The notes under the pieces were generated by a model. The model did not search any database, was not told where the DNA came from, and saw nothing but the letters and a program-made list of their open reading frames with translations. 64,000 nucleotides of DNA from Octopus bimaculoides (lineage: Eukaryota). The translations under genes and the position numbers were made by a program. Shown one piece after another: positions 24,579 through 37,530 of the stretch (position 1 is the stretch's first letter; every line of letters begins with the position of its first letter). The DNA lies in NCBI RefSeq assembly GCF_001194135.2, contig NC_069005.1, forward strand, positions 19,161,260 to 19,225,259. The letters run 5' to 3'.

Positions 24579-25232
24579 TATCTAAAAAAAGGAAGTATGG
24601 GTTGTTCATTTTTTGGTTCTGTTATCTTGTATCATCTAGGGGTTGACTTTTGGGCTAAATAACAACAGTAAGACTGTGGATTGTACACTAGCATAGCTAG
24701 GGGGGAGGGTGGAGAGAGTGGTCCACCTCAGGTAGCACTTCTATGCAGGCAGCACCACTTTGGGGTCTGCTGTAGGCAATATGTATTTTTTGTGGGGGCC
24801 TAGCAGCGGCAAACTGAAGGGCTGCTCCAGGCAGCAAACACTCCAACTACACTGTTGTTTAGCTCTAAGGTAAGCCATTACAGAGTAGTAGTTCTTTGAT
24901 CAAAGCATTCCAGATATGATCATCTTGTTACATTCTGACAGGATGTGTCTAGGGCTGCAATTTCTGATGTGAGCTCTGTCATGTGTAATTTGAAGAATTT
25001 GGTGTTATTTCTAGCAGGTGAAGTGACCACTTTGGTTTATTTGGCTCATTTTTGTGCACTGGTTTGCTCCACTGACAGTGGCAACAGCAGTAGTGCTGAA
25101 GGTGGTAGTGGTGGATATTATTGCATTGAGATATGCTTGAGAAAGTGAGAGAGAGAGAGTGTGTGTGTGTGTGTGGATTATTCTGTTTTGATTGATGTTA
25201 ATCTCTACACTGCTATTTTACTCTGGTTTCAG

Positions 25233-25254
25233 GAAGTGACCTCTTAGTTTAGTG
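25233..25254 (+). other. Candidate 22-nt non-coding/poison micro-exon
   Basis: Acceptor ATTTTACTCTGGTTTCAG|G, consensus donor GTG|GTAAGT; stop codons in all three frames. Confidence 0.4.
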
Positions 25255-28069
25255 GTAAGTTTTAAAATCCTAGCATTGCAGAATTGACGCTATCAGTTAT
25301 TTTACTATGCCATCATTGCTCTCCTCTGAAAATGTTGAAATTATCTGGCGCTATGTGATAAATGAGCTTGTTTAATAATATTTCAGGAATCACTCTGATA
25401 AAAATAAAAACAAAAAATTTGGGGGAGGGAAAAAAAAGGTGGTGGGATATATAAAAAGCAAAAGAATTTAATAATAATAGTAATAAAATTAATAATGATT
25501 ATAATTGCTTATTTGCTGGCTTGTTATTTGCATGCCTCTTTTTGTTTTTATTTTAGTTTCCATCTCCTTTTCTTCTCCTTTCTCTCACCTTCTATAATTA
25601 TCATATAATCCATAGATTTGCTAATTGATCTCTTCTGTAATGATTCATTTATCAAGTGAACAACAGGTTTATCCTGTCAGTTTTAGTGTTAATGAGGACA
25701 TGGGAACTATTTTTGTTTTTTGTTTTCCTTAATATGTTTATTAGTTGAGGGGTAGAGTAGCTGCTCTTTCCAAGGTGCATTCACTCAACTCAATTTGAAA
25801 TGTTTCTTTTTCAATGCACATTATATCAAATTACCTGTTTTGAAGAAAAACGCCAACAAAACCTGGCTTTTTCTCATACTGTCTGTTTCTCCTATAAAAT
25901 AGTTAAAAATAGTTTTGTTTGTTTTTTTCCTTTATATTTTCTATAATATTTTACTTTTTTTTGTTTCATTTTAATTTAAATTGTCTCGTAATCATACAAT
26001 ATGGCCAACTCTTTGTTTCAATATTCTGATATTCCATTACAATACTTCAAAATATTTATTAAACAATCGGGTTTTGTTGTAATTCCATACAGTGACAATA
26101 AATTAAACTGTGACAATGTCAACTACATTTATTTTCAGAATTTTTTTTTAAATATATTTTTTTTATCAAGTATTTTGTGAACAATAACAATTATATTGCT
26201 TATAAAGTTTCCAACAAGCCTATCACCGATGAGGGAGTGACTGTTCAACTTGGGCAGAATAAATATCACAACCTAGTTTTGTTTATGCACTGGTTGAACA
26301 TAGTTTTGTCATTGACATGTATCTTATTTGCTGACACACATGCACACGTGCACAAACACAATCCCTGTCCTTTCTCATATATTTTTTAAAAAAGCACACA
26401 CACATGCATACAAAGGCACATGACTTAGTGGTTAAGTGTATTGCACTCTATTGCACTCACGATCGTGAGAGCATGGTTTTGATTCCCAGACCAGCATTGT
26501 ACTCTTGAGCAAGACACTGCATTTCACGTTCCTCCAGTTCACTCAGCTGTCAATGGGTAACCCTGCAACAGACTAGCCCTCTGATCTGGGGAAATGTTAG
26601 CCTGCTTGCCTAGCCAGTAGGATAGTATCATTCAAAAGCTAAAGTGATGCAAAGCACATTGTGATTAGCAATGTGTAACAACGTCCAATAGTCTGGTTTA
26701 TCACATGATACATATATATAGGTGCAGTTGTTGTGTGGTTAAAAATCTTGCTTCCCAACCATATGGTTTCTGTTTCAGTCCCACTGCACGATACCTTGGG
26801 TGAGTGTCTTCTAGCTTCAATTCTTGTGAGTGGATTTTGTAGACCGAAACTGAAAGTATATATGTGCATGTACTCATCTTGATACCACCTGATGGTTGTG
26901 TTGCAAGTTACTTGGCAACCACACTTCTGTTGATGGCACAAAGAACATACCCAGTATACACTGTAGAGTGGTTGATATTAGGAAGGGTATCCAGTCACAG
27001 AAACCCTGCCAGAGCTGTTGCTGGAGTTTGGTATCACCAGATCCATCTTATGCTAGCATGGAAAACAAACGTTAAATGATGTGATGATGATGATATGTGT
27101 ATAGATGCAGGTATGGTTATGTAGTTAAAAAGCTTGCTTTGCAACCATGTGATTTTAGGTTCTGTACCACTACATGGCATCTTGGGCAAGTGTTTTCTAC
27201 TATAGCCACAGGCTGACCAATGTCTTGTTCATGAATTTAATAGATGGAAACTGTGTAGAAGCCTGCCGTGTGTGTGTGTTGTCTGCCTTCTACTCTTAGC
27301 CAATTTATATACTGTTAAAGAACCTGTGAAAAATATACTCCTCTCCCACCTTCCACAAAAACATTAAAATGTATAAAAATGGGTTCATTTGTTTCTTGAA
27401 GAAGGATCAGAACTTATTCACAAAATTTTGAGTTTGATTTGAACTGTTATTGCTTATCATTTTCCTCCCTCTTGTGCTATTTCTTCAGCTTTTCTATGAA
27501 GGATCTTAAGCAGCTGTACCATGTGAACCCTTTTGCTACCATATTGTTGTTGGAATGCACTACTTTTGTTTCAATTAGTTTTGAAAATAATAAAGAATTT
27601 ATTGAAAAAAACTTAGTCCTTACTAAGCTGGTGTTTAGAACACAAATTAGTAGGAAATTCTAATGGTAGGTTTTGGTTTAGATGATTTTAAAACAAGCAG
27701 TTTGTATCATAGATCCAGGTGCAGTTTCAGGTGGATGGTATCTAAAGGGTTAATGTTTTGCATCCAGCCAGATTCGGCCATGTTATCCTGCTTGCATTTT
27801 ATTTCTTCATGGTTGGTTGTCATGTTATTAGTTAGTGTTGTTTGTTTGCTCATGTACATCATGCATGTATGTATCTTTTATCTTTTACTTGTTTCAGTCA
27901 TTTGACTGCGGCCATGCTGGGGCAGCATCTTGAAGTGTTTTTAGTCGAATAAATGAACCCTATGGAATTTTTTTTTTAAGCCTAGTATTTATTCTATTGG
28001 TTTCTTTTATCAAACCATCAAGTTACAGGGACATAAACACACCAACACCGGCTCTTGAGCAGAGGAGGA

Positions 28070-28106
<37 letters not shown>

Positions 28107-28289
28107 CCAGCTTTTTCCAGTTGCCATCTACCAAATCTACTCACAAGGCTTTGGTCAACCTGGAGCTATAGTAGAAAATACTTGAGGAGCAAGCTTCTCA
28201 CCACACCCAGGCTTGTCTTTCATGTCTATAGTAAATATGTAATCTTATTTCCTTGCATCATACACACTACCTCTGCAGTAATAATCCTA

Positions 28290-28960
28290 ATTTTTGGCAT
28301 AAAGCCAGAAATTTTGAGGGGAGGGGCATGCCATTTGCATCAAACTCAATGCTTGACAAGTATTTATTTTATTGACCCCAAAAAGGATGAAAGGCAAAGT
28401 CAGAGTTTGAACTCAAAATCTAAAGAGCTGAAAAAATACTGCATTACAAATAAACATTTCATGTGATGTATTAATGATTCTGCCAGCCTGCAGCCTTAAT
28501 AAAAATAATGATAATAATATTTTTGCTATAGGTAGAAGACCTGAAATTTTGGGGGTGGAGAATAGTTGATTACTTCAACTCCAGTGCACAGTTGGTACTT
28601 ATCTCATTGACCCCAAAAGGAGGTAAAGCAAAGTTGACCTTGGTGGAATTTGAACTCAGAATGTAATGATGGACGAAATACCACTGAGCATTTTGTCTAG
28701 CGTGCTAACAATTCTGCCAGCTCACTGCATCAGCAGTAATAATAATAATAATAATAATACAAATCTTTTCTAATTCTGGCACAATGCCAGCAAGTTTGGG
28801 GGAGGAGGCTAGTCAATTATATCGACCCCAGTACTTGACTGCTATGTATTTTATTGACATTGAAAAGCAGAGTTGGCCTTGATGTTACTTGAACTCAGAA
28901 CATAGAGAGCCCAGAAAGATGCTGCTAAACACTGTCCACTGCCATAGTTATTCTGCTGGC
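28290..28960 (-). mobile_element. Three tandem family B SINEs
   Basis: Repeated TTTGAACTCA...CTGCCAGC blocks separated by (AAT)n. Confidence 0.8.
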
Positions 28961-28984
28961 TTGTTGTCTTTATAATGTTGTACC

Positions 28985-29591
28985 TTGACAAGTGTCTTCT
29001 ACTATATAGCTTTGGGCTGAACAAAGCCTTGTGAGTGAATTTGGTAGACAAAAACTGAAAGAAGCCTGTCGTTTGTGTGTATATATAAGCACACACGCAC
29101 ACACACGTGTTTTTCTTTCTGTCTGTGTTTGTCCCCCACTATTGCTTTACAACTAGTGTTGATGTGTTTATGTTCCTGTAACTTAACAGTTTGACTAAAG
29201 AGACTGATAGAATAAGAATCAGGCTTAGCAAAAAGATAAATGCTGGGGTTGATTCATTCAACTAAAAATTCCTGAAGGTGGTGCCCCAGCATGGCCACAG
29301 TCTAATGACTGAAGCAAGTAAAAAAATGTGTGCATGTATTCTCTAGTGTATTTGATGTTTCAAAATACTGGATGAATAATAATTTTCTTGCATGAGCAGC
29401 TGACCCTTTGACCTTTTGTTCAATGACTCTGCTATTGATACCACTACCACCTTCTGTTTTGTTTTGTTTTGTTTTGTTTTGTTTTGTGTGTGTGTGTCAG
29501 TCAGTCAGTCAGTCATTCAGTCATTAGGATGTGATTTATTTTGTTAATAACAGTTTTTCCATTTTTTTTTATTTGCAGAGGTAATTAAGCT

Positions 29592-29640
<49 letters not shown>

Positions 29641-30352
29641 TTCTCTTCTCTCCCCCTCCCCCTTTCTATCACTTGTGGTCCTAATTTTTCTTATATTAAC
29701 CATTTAATTCTTGGGATTTTTTTAGAGTAACCAACAGTTCTTGCAGGAGAATCACTGCAGTACAATTTCTGCAGCTGCCAGCCATTCATTCTTCAACTGT
29801 CCTTTGGCAAGAGCTTTTCGTTACCTTTCTACTTTTTTCTTTGTTTCAGTCACTGGACTGTGGCCATGCTGGGGTTACCACCATGGCAAGTTTTAGTGGA
29901 ATGAATCAATCCCAGTACTTTTTTTTTTAATGTCTTTAACTGGTACTTATTCTATCAGTTCCTTTTGCAAACAAATAAGATATGGGGATATTGGCACAGG
30001 TGTGGCTTTGTGGTAAGGAGCTTGCTTCCCAGCCATATGGTTTGGGGTTGAGTCCCACTGTGTGGTACCTTCAGCAAGTGTCTTCTACTATAACCTCAGG
30101 CCAATCAAATCTTGAGTGGATTTGGTAGACAAACTGAAAGAATCCTGTCATATATATGTATATATCTGTGTGTGTGTTTGTTTCCCTCCCCCCATCACCA
30201 CTTGACAACTGGTGTTGGTTTGTTTACATTCCCATAACTTAGCAAAAGAGACTGTTTGAATAAGTACTAGGCTTTAAAAATATGTCCTGGTGTCAATTTG
30301 TTTGACTAAAACCCCTTGAGGCAGTGCTCCAATCAAATGACTGAAACAAATA
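28985..30352. mobile_element. Family A SINEs (+ 28985-29330, - 29835-29990, + 29995-30352) around a microsatellite-rich unique block
   Basis: Family A core and tail motifs. Confidence 0.75.
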
Positions 30353-31731
30353 AAATTTTAAAAAAAGAATATAAACAAATTAATTCCGGTTGTCAAGCAG
30401 TGTTGGGGTAAAAACACATAGACAAGCTTTTCATTTACCAAATTCATTCACAGTACATTGTATTGGTTGGTCTGGGGCTTTAGTAGAAGACTCTTGCCAT
30501 GCAGTAGAAATGAATTCAGATCAGTTTGTATTGCAGTATGAGGGACAGCTGTTGGCAGATTGGTATCAAAAAAAGGTTAAAGCTGCTGAGGTTTACCACC
30601 ATGGTTTACCAATCAGACAGGCTACTGATATTCCTGATTTTCACCAGGACAGCTCAGATTGAATGTAGAGATATAAATCCTGTCTTTTCCTGTATCTAGA
30701 ACTACATTGTCCAAGGTGTCCTTCTCTTGTTAAGATGGTAAGATGTGCTTTGTGGGAGATTTGATTGTTTCTAGCAGGCCAAGTGACTACATAGATGACT
30801 CCCACAATCATTCATATATAAACGGGTGTCTTCCAGTGTTTACCCCCCCCCCCCTAAAAAAAAAAAAACAAGAATGAGTTACATTTCTGCTTGATAGGTA
30901 AATAGTTAAGATAGGAAGGGGACACACAATTTCAAAAGGCATAGCTTCCAAACATATCAATGTGCAAATGCTAGAAGAATTTATATACCTATAAGAATTT
31001 AATAATAGTTATGTATGTGTTTTTTCGTGTTTTGTTCGAATGGTAACCACTCCTGAAGAAGTGCCAAATGTCTAAATCCAATGGACCAGTCACTGGATAA
31101 GTTTGGCACAGAAATGTTAACATAGAGTGGTGAATAAATCGATATATCGAATTTGAAGTCTCTGTCTCTTTTGAATATGAAAATTTAAAAGTTTAAAAAC
31201 CTTATAATATATATATAAACTGTGAGAACGACCCTTAAGGAATCTAGTTAATGATCTCCTAAGGTAAGTTCTTATGCTATATTGGTAACNNNNNNNNNNN
31301 NNNNNNNNNNNNNNNNNNNNNNNNNNNNNNNNNNNNNNNNNNNNNNNNNNNNNNNNNNNNNNNNNNNNNNNNNNNNNNNNNNNNNNNNNNNNNNNNNNNN
31401 NNNNNNNNNNNNNNNNNNNNNNNNNNNNNNNNNNNNNNNNNNNNNNNNNNNNNNNNNNNNNNNNNNNNNNNNNNNNNNNNNNNNNNNNNNNNNNNNNNNN
31501 NNNNNNNNNNNNNNNNNNNNNNNNNNNNNNNNNNNNNNNNNNNNNNNNNNNNNNNNNNNNNNNNNNNNNNNNNNNNNNNNNNNNNNNNNNNNNNNNNNNN
31601 NNNNNNNNNNNNNNNNNNNNNNNNNNNNNNNNNNNNNNNNNNNNNNNNNNNNNNNNNNNNNNNNNNNNNNNNNNNNNNNNNNNNNNNNNNNNNNNNNNNN
31701 NNNNNNNNNNNNNNNNNNNNNNNNNNNNNNN

Positions 31732-31772
<41 letters not shown>

Positions 31773-32639
31773 CATGTTCTTTTATTTGTTTCAATCATTT
31801 GACTGTGGCCATGCTAGGACACCGCCTTTAGTCAAACAAATTGACCCCAGTACTTATTCTTTATAAGCCTAGTACTTATTCTATCGGTTTCTTTTGCCAA
31901 ACCACTAAGTTATGGAGATGTAAACACACCAACATTTTTTTTTTTTTGTTGATCTTACCATCACAGAACAGTACATTTTATTTATATATGGCCTAGTGGT
32001 TAGGGTGTTGCACCCATGATCATGAGATCGTGGTTTCAATTCCTTGACCTGATGGTGCATTATGTTCGTGAGCAAAACAATTCATTTCACTTTGCCCTGT
32101 GATCACTTCGACACCTGATGCGTGGTACATGGTGCACCTTTTCGCACAACGTTGACTAAATAGAGAGAGTAAGCTAATGTGTGGCACAAACATTTGATCA
32201 CTATAAACAAATTGTTTGTGCAGGTCGTTTGGCAATAGCTGAATGGCTATATGCTGTCTTATATACATACATACATACATACACATATACACACACACAT
32301 ACACCTCTGAGTAGACCAACACTCGAAAGGAGCTTGGCCACTTAACCACCATGGGGTCGAATACTCAAAAGGACCTCAGCTACCTCACCTCTGTGAGGCC
32401 CAACACTTTGCTACCATCAGACCCAACGCTCCAAAGGTACTCGGCCACTTTGCCTCATGAGGCCCAACATTCAAAGGTTGATTTTTTTTTTATGTGCCAC
32501 CAGCACGGGTGCACTTGGCTTGACAGGTCCTCTTAAGCAGAGCACATAACCAAAGGTCTTAGTCACTAGTCAATACCTCTGTGAGGTTCAAAGTTCGAAG
32601 GTCATGCTTCACCACCTCGTCCCATGTCTTCCTGGGTCT

Positions 32640-32935
32640 ACCTCTTCCACAAGTTCCCTAGGCACTTCTTTACAGAACTGTCCTCATCCATATGTATCAC
32701 ATGACCATACCAGTCCTCGGCTGTTATAGCCCATGTTTCACTGCCATGCAGCTTAGCTGTTCGCACACAGGCATCAGACAATCTGCCTTTCACTCTGAGA
32801 GAGAGGCCCTTTGTTGCCAGCAGTGGTAGGAGCTCTATGAACTTTGCCCAGCTTAATCTTATTCTCACAGCTACGCTCTCAGGACAACCACCTCCACTAC
32901 TAACCTGGTTGCCTAGATACCAGGTTTCTCTGTTA
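32640..32935 (-). mobile_element. RTE LINE RT C-terminal fragment with adjacent 3' UTR-like sequence (32330-32640)
   Basis: YLGNQVSSGGGCPESVAVRIRLSWAKFIELLPLL...KGRLSDACVRTAKLHGSETW (RTE thumb motif). Confidence 0.9.
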
Positions 32936-35730
32936 ACCATGCAGCAACAATGTCTATGTATATGTGAACATTTTTTCCATTTTAAAATGACACTCCCACT
33001 GCATGCTGCTCATGCTAGTATATTCTGCAATGATATCCGTTTGACTAATTAAAAGTGTTATGGATGGAAAATATTTGGGAGTTTGTTGTGTATGTGTCCA
33101 TCGTGTGTATATTTGTAGACACTGATGTAGAGCTGTGTTAATGTCTTGTGTTTCTCTAGGGTAGTGGTGTGGGGGTATTCCCTAGGACTTAGGTATACTT
33201 TTGTAAAAAATAAATGAGAACCATACGACGTATTATGGTTCATTAAAATCAACAAAATCCTTCGAAGTCCTTCAGGAGACTGAGACCAATAATAATAAGA
33301 TACAGCTACCTAAAATAATATTTATTTCTAAATATAGTTCCCTAATCTGTTTTTCTCTCTATCTTTTCCTTAATGAAGAATGTAATTGTCTTCAGATTCA
33401 AGTACTTTTTTTTTCTTTCATAGGAATTTTGCAAAATTGCAGAGCTTAAAATTAGCCAAAGTTAATTTGTAGTCTGCAGCAAAAAAATAGTCTGCAGCAA
33501 AAAGTCTGCAGCAAAAAGAAATATGAAAAAAGAAAAATTATTTTTTCATGCCTAATCTACATAACTAGCATGTCTGGAAATACATTCTGTTCCAGACATG
33601 GAATTTATCTGTCTGCAATCAGTTTTATATATATANNNNNNNNNNNNNNNNNNNNNNNNNNNNNNNNNNNNNNNNNNNNNNNNNNNNNNNNNNNNNNNNN
33701 NNNNNNNNNNNNNNNCTTATATTATATATTTTTCACTAATATTATCATTACATGCTTTTCACCACACAGCCAAACACAGCTCTGTGTTTATGTATATGCA
33801 GTGCAGTGTTTTGTTTTTCTGGTTTTCTCTTGTATTGGAAAGTGCTCTACGTAAGTTTGTTTGCAGGTGTGGTTAAGAAGCTTGCTTTAGAAACCGCATG
33901 ATCTCATGTTCAGTCTCACTGTGTGGCACCTTGGGCAAGTGTCTTCAACTGTAGCCTTGGGCTGACCTAACCATATGAATAAATTTGGTAGACAGAAACT
34001 GTGAAACTCCATCATATATATGTTTGAGTGTGTTAGCATTTGTGCCCCCATCACCACCAAAATGTTCAGTGGCATTTCTTCTGGCTTTACATTCTGAGTT
34101 CAAATCCTACTGTGGTCGACTTCACCCTTTATTTTTTTGGGTCAAAATAAGTATAAGTTGAGCAATAAGATCAGTGTAACAGACTTTTAAAATCTCTCCA
34201 CAAAATTTCAGACCTTGTACCTGGCAAAACTGGTAAAGCAATTGATGAAATGACACAGTGTTTTCATTGCTTTTCTGTGTTAAAAACTTGCTGAAGTACT
34301 GAGGTCATATTTGCCTGTTATCTTTGTGGAGTCATTAAAATAAACACCAGTCAAGTACTGGTTGCTATAATCAGCTATATCTTCCTCTTCCACAAAATGC
34401 ATGGCCTTCAGCCAATATAAGAGAGCAATGTCATCAATTACCTGAAATTGTCAATTACCTTGTTTATCGAGTGAGGTATAGTGTTTAATTAGGTTTCCAT
34501 ATGGTTATTATTTATTAAATTTTTTGTTTGTTTTTCTTTTGTCAATTCATTTGATTAATGCTTTATATGTATATATTATCATCATCATCATTTAATATCC
34601 GTTTTCTATGCTGGCATGGGTTGTGTGGTTTGACTGGAGCTGGTAAGACCAGAGACTGCACCAGGCTCCATTGTCTGTTCTTGTGTGTGTTTGAAAGAGA
34701 CGATCATCTTCCCATCCACTTTTCCATGCTTGCATGGGTCAGACAGAATTTATTGAGACAGATTTTTCTATGGTCAGATGCCCTTCTTGTTGCCAACCTT
34801 CGCCTGTTTCCAGGTAAGGTAATATCTCCCTATGATCAGACAGGTTTTCATGGAAAATTTGAAATGAACACCACCGCTTACATGACAGTGACACTCATTT
34901 ACAACTGTTACAAAATGTTCAGATGAGAAGTGATGCACACGTGCGCATGCAGGTTTCTTTCAGTTTCGGTTGCCATGCAGTGGGACTGAAACTAAACTCA
35001 TGTGGTTGAGTGAAACAAACTTTTTTAGAGAAGTTATAATCTTAAAAAATAAAATAAATAATAGACAATAATGATTGAATATTAAAGTTTTAAAATTATT
35101 TCAAATAAAAGCTGTAAAGATATTACTGTAATATAGGATTAGGTATGGCTGTGTGATTAAGAAGTTAATTTTACAGTCATCTGGGTTCAAGTTCAAACCT
35201 GCTGTGCTGCACCTTGGTCAAGTGTCTTTTCTAGAGTGTTGTATGTGATTGCTAATAACAGCTAAGTTTCTATCATATTACAATCTAGATGCAGGTGTGG
35301 CTATGTGGTAAGAAGCTTGCTTCCCAACTGCATGGTTCTGACACCTTGGTCATGTGTCTTGTATATTATTATCGCTTTGGGCTGACCAAAGCCTTGTGAG
35401 GGGGGTTTGATAGATGGAAACTGAAAGAAGCCCATCAGAGAGATAGATAGATAGATAGATAGATAGATGTGCATGTATCTTTGTGTTTGTTCACCACCAC
35501 CAGTACCCCAGCATGGCTGCAGTCTAATGACTGAAACAAGTAAAAGATTAAAGATGTCTTTAAAAATGGAAGGCACATTTAAGGATGTAGTCCTAGATAT
35601 GATGTGTCAGAAGTGGGTGGAGGAGACAAAAAGATGAAATGGTCTTAACTTGAATTTCTTTGATTATAAGTCTGCTAGAATTATGACTGGTCTGGCACTA
35701 AGTCATAATTCTAGCAGACTGAAGGTCTGT

Positions 35731-35884
35731 ACCAGCCATAGGCAAACTGTGGCTCATGGGGCTTTCTGAATGGCATGCCTTATGAAAAATTACCTTAGAC
35801 TTTTTTTTGTAATGGCATGGCCCACTTGATGATGAGCTGTGTCTTGCTTGACCCACTCTTCAAAAAAGAATGGCCATGCCTGGT
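35731..35884. mobile_element. Short hAT-like MITE
   Basis: ACCAGCCATAGGCAAACT ... AATGGCCATGCCTGGT, imperfect terminal inverted repeats. Confidence 0.55.
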
Positions 35885-36254
35885 GTAAATTATGGTAAAT
35901 TTCAGCCAAGGAGAATATGAAAGCTAAATAGTTGAACTACTTAGCAAAACATGAAGAATTCAAATGAAGCTACTGACAGCTTGGTGGTGTATATTTTAAC
36001 AGATGGTAAATGATTCAATGCCAACCACCATGTATGACACAGTTCCCACTTCCCTGTTCAATGTGTACATGGCTTTAGAGGAAAGGATATACAGCTAAAA
36101 AATATTTACTTTAACAATTCAGGCAATTTTTTTTTTCTTTTTCTTTTTTTTCTTTTTCTGATTTTATTTGTAATTTATGCAGAACAATCCAACCCATCCC
36201 CTGCTGCTGGCTATGGATAACTTAGTCCTTAAGTCTAAGCAAAAATAATAATCC

Positions 36255-36590
36255 CCTCTGCTATATAAGGCCTGAAATTTTGGTAGGGAAATGGGCTAGT
36301 CAATTATATCTACTTCAGTGCTCAATGGAGACTTATTTTATTCACCCTGAAAGGATGAAAAAGTAAAATCGACCTTGGCAGAATTTTAACTCAGAATGTA
36401 AAAATTTATGAAATATCACTAAGTATTTTGTCTGGTGTGCTGACAATTCTACCAGCACAAGGCCTGAAATTTTGCAGGGAATAGGGGCTAATTGAGTACA
36501 TTGACTCCAGTGCTTAACTGGTACTTATTTCATTGATCTCAAAATGATGAAAAGCAAAGTTGACCTTGGGTAGAATTTGAACTCAGTATG
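36255..36590 (-). mobile_element. Two tandem family B SINEs
   Basis: Repeated GGCCTGAAATTTT...GATGAAAA...AACTCAG. Confidence 0.8.
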
Positions 36591-37202
36591 TGTATGTGTG
36601 TACATATATGACAAGCTTGTGTCAGTTTTCTTCAACCAAATCTGTTTACAAGGCATTAGTCAACTTGTGTTGATAGTAGAAAATACTTGCCCAAGGTGAC
36701 ATATAGTGGGATTGAACCCAAAGCCATATGAATGGGAAGCAAACTTTTTAACCACACAGGCATGCCGTTCCTCACAGTTGCATTTTTCTTCCAAGTCCAC
36801 TGTATTTTGGACTACATTATCCAATGTCTTTTTTTTTTAAGTAGGGTATAACTTGAGTTACGTATTCAGCTACTATTTGTAGCAGGTCAAGTGACTTTGT
36901 TACAGATCTTCTGTCAACTAATGCTCATTGTGACATGACCTCATAATGTGTTTCCCTCATGCAGTCTTGAACATGTTGGCTCCTGCTTGTGGTAGTAAAG
37001 CAACATGAAACAGGCCCAGCACTTTCATCAGAGACATTAGCAATGGAGAAACTAATTTTCCGACCAAATACAAACCCCTGATCCCATAGACAAAGTATTG
37101 ACAGGATTATTTAGAGAAGAGTGTTTTGGGATGGTTTCTCATTGTTTCCAATTTTGAGCATGAAAATATTTTCAAAAGTCTGGCCCTAGAAAAGACACTT
37201 GG

Positions 37203-37530
37203 TGCAGGCATGGCTGTGTGGTAAGGAGCTTGCTTCCCAACCACATGGTTCCGGTTTCAGTTCCACTGCATGGCACTTTGGGCAAGTGTTTTCTACTATA
37301 GCCTCAGGCCGTCCAAAGCCTTGTGTGTGGATTTGGTAGACAGAAACTGAAAGAAGCCCATTGTAGATGTGTGTGTGTGTGTCCACCAGTACTTGACAAC
37401 CAGTGTTGGTGTGTTTACATCCCCATAAAGGCTTAAAAAATAAGCACTAGGACTAATTCAGTCAACTAAAAAAATAAGTCAAGGTGGTGCCCCAGCATGG
37501 CTGCAGTCTAATGACTGAAACAAGTAAAAG
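37203..37530 (+). mobile_element. SINE family A
   Basis: GCAGGCATGGCTGTGTGGTAAG...GACTGAAACAAGTAAAAG. Confidence 0.9.

Noticed and set aside
36183-36248. Strong acceptor followed by NNPTHPLLLAMDNLVLKSKQK*
   Set aside because: No credible donor; runs into a SINE tail.
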